Part shown: piece by piece, positions 61,766 to 64,000 of the stretch
Numbering within the stretch: position 1 is the stretch's first letter
Layout: each line of letters opens with the position of its first letter
Source: Camelus ferus
Lineage: Eukaryota
Assembly: GCF_009834535.1 (NCBI RefSeq)
Contig: NC_045697.1
Coordinates: forward strand, 26,786,001 to 26,850,000
DNA: 64,000 bases
Direction of reading: 5' to 3'
Notes under the pieces: model-generated
Database searches by the model: none
Told to the model about the DNA's origin: nothing
Seen by the model: the letters and a program-made list of their open reading frames with translations, nothing else
Made by a program: the position numbers and the translations under genes

Positions 61766-64000
61766 CAGTGATATTTTAATATAGAAAAATCTGTTTTATC
61801 CAACCAAGGAGGAATATTAGGTTCATATGACTTTAGGGAAAATTCTCTATGAATCAGCTTTTTTGACAGACAAAATAATTTCTAAAAGATAGCACTTACG
61901 ATCTCTTTAATGTGTTTGCTTAATTGTTTAATTCTGTGTGCTTGTATGTCATGTAAGAGTTCTTAATGACCCTGGAAGTCATTAAGTTTTAGTTCTGTAT
62001 TATAATCACAGTGGTCAATGTTTTAATCAATTACAAATGTAGAATTTTATTGTTGCCATAGCTTTTTGAAATCCTTATCTTCCTGAGTTGAGAGGTATTA
62101 TATCTTTTTAAAAACCTGGTGTACGAGAGTGATTTGATACTTAATAGGATAGGACCCAACAATGTATCAGTCTTAGAATTTTTGAAGTATTCCTAAAGAA
62201 TTGGAACTTAGATGTTATTTGTGAGAATCAATGGAAATGGGGGGAGTCAGATAATTTGACCAAGATTTTTGTTGATACCTCAGTGGTATCTGAGGAGTAT
62301 AAAGTGATCAAGAAAACTGTCATCTCTAGGAAGGATATTTAGGATCCATCCTTCTACATGCTCTTGAGTAGGGTTAGGAGATGAAGATTCTGGGGATAAC
62401 CCCCAAAGCTCTTGGGGCTTAAGTTTTCTCATTTAAACTAAGAGGCTGGCCCTTGATCAGCTTACTGTACACCTTCTATGAAATCGAAAGATCACATCAA
62501 ATATTTAAATTCCTTTAAAAAATATCCTGTCAACATTCTCTGGAAGGTCACTAGCATTGAGTTCATCTAAACCTATATAGCCCCTCTAATCCATATCCCA
62601 GAGTGTACCACCAGCCTCAGGACCTCACACCCTGTTTTGGGGGGACTCTACCAGTGCCCATTGGACTTCTTTATAAGGCCCAGACCTCCAGGTTCTCCTT
62701 CAGCCAGAGTGGCCCCATGCATCTGATGGCACTGTTGCTACAGCTCATTTACAGGAAACGTCCTCTTAGAATGAATTATATAAAAGTGGGGAGTGAAGAC
62801 AGTTTGATTAGAAGGGTAGATTGTGGATGAGGTGCACATACCTCTCTCTGCCCAACACCAGTGAGTATGTGGTGCTCAGGATGCTGTGACAGCCCTTGTG
62901 GTTGGCTGTCCTCCAGAACCAAGGCTGCATATCTGGGTCTTTGCAGCCAGGCACTCTCCTTGTATCCCTTCAAAGACTAGAGACCTGTGGTTGTGGGTAT
63001 CAGAGAGGCTTATGGGCGGAGATGCTAGGAGCTTGTTTGTCTTCAGAGATGACACTCTCAGTTATTGTTTTACCAGTGAGGTGCCTCTCTCAGCCAACTC
63101 CACAGTAAGACTTTTTTTTCCCCTCATATCTAATGATAGGCAAGACTGATTTAAGAAAAAAAATCTTGAAACTGTGTGTGATCCTGGAAACCATCTCAGA
63201 TACCATATAACTTAACAATCCTTCACATACCACCTCCCACTCATAATACAGTCATTTTACTAGTAAGGAACAGAAAGCTAGTCAAGCAACAGTCATTATT
63301 GGCAGAACTTGAGTTTAGTCATGGGTCTCCCTTCCTGGCCAACTTTATAGCACACTATGTACTAGGGAATTAGACTTTTTATTTTTAGGGTTCTTTTTTA
63401 AACGATCTCTGATACGTGTTCTCTGTAATTCAGCAACATTCGGTTATTTTTCCAAATCTCTGAAATCATTAGAAAAAAAATAAGGTTGCTAAAACAGATT
63501 TGTAAATAATTATCCTAAAAGTTTCTCCTACTTTTTGAAATATTATTTAATTGGCTAATCTCTAAGACCTTCTGGTAATGTACAATATAATAATATGTTT
63601 ATAGTAATATGAAAGAGATAAATAAGACCATTCTGATTTATAATTTTTATAAGTACCCAAGAATCAAATGAAAAACATACTTTGGCATTTTCACAAATTC
63701 ATATTTATTATATTAATTGATTGATATCCACATGATGGATGTTATTTCCTAACATTTAATTTTCTTTGAGAAAGTATATGTTTTGGTTTCACTTGGACTG
63801 GATAGTCTTTTCTAAATAATCTTTAAGTAACAATATATTTTTACTTTGTTTAGGATACTAATATGTATCTATATATTTTATCTTCATGTCATTCTTTTGA
63901 CAGTTTTATGCAGATGTTTTAGTAAACTGATTTTTTCCATCAAAAATGTTATATGCAGAAAATTCTCTCCTCCTTAATGCTCAGAATATAGGGTATTCTC

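Larger units (their letters stand above)
25934..64000 (+). other. NWD2: NWD2 intron 1 (continues past the window end)
   Basis: GTAAGT donor at 25934; I found no downstream exon continuing the NWD2 protein. Confidence 0.75.

Noticed and set aside
1..64000. Prokaryote-type systems (CRISPR arrays, operons) and tRNA/rRNA genes
   Set aside because: The sequence is mammalian; I saw no repeat-spacer arrays or structural RNA genes

Overview
Mammalian genomic DNA, most likely camelid. That assignment is an inference: a young L1 3' end at ~8.1-8.67 kb resembles the camelid L1 as I recall it, and I saw no Alu, B1, BovB, PRE or SINEC copies. The only protein-coding gene supported is NWD2 (+ strand). Its CpG-island promoter spans ~24.55-26.55 kb and coding exon 1 is 25783-25933; everything downstream is intron 1, and I did not find exon 2 in the window. 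The rest is mostly old transposon sequence (MIR, L2, L1M, MaLR/ERVL LTRs, hAT and Tigger DNA transposons). Notable items: (1) an antisense ATP5MK (USMG5/DAPIT) retrocopy in intron 1, too short for the ORF track, with TSD, polyA signal, an internal deletion and an open 47-codon frame; (2) a full-length Tigger1 carrying two solo LTRs, an L1 and a tandem duplication; (3) a full-length MaLR provirus whose two LTRs disagree; (4) an inverted L1 with twin-priming geometry; (5) uORFs in the NWD2 leader. Nearly all ORF-track entries are spurious or repeat-derived. I found no convincing new multi-gene system. Repeat subfamily names come from recalled consensus sequences and need Dfam/RepeatMasker confirmation; boundaries of old repeats are approximate.
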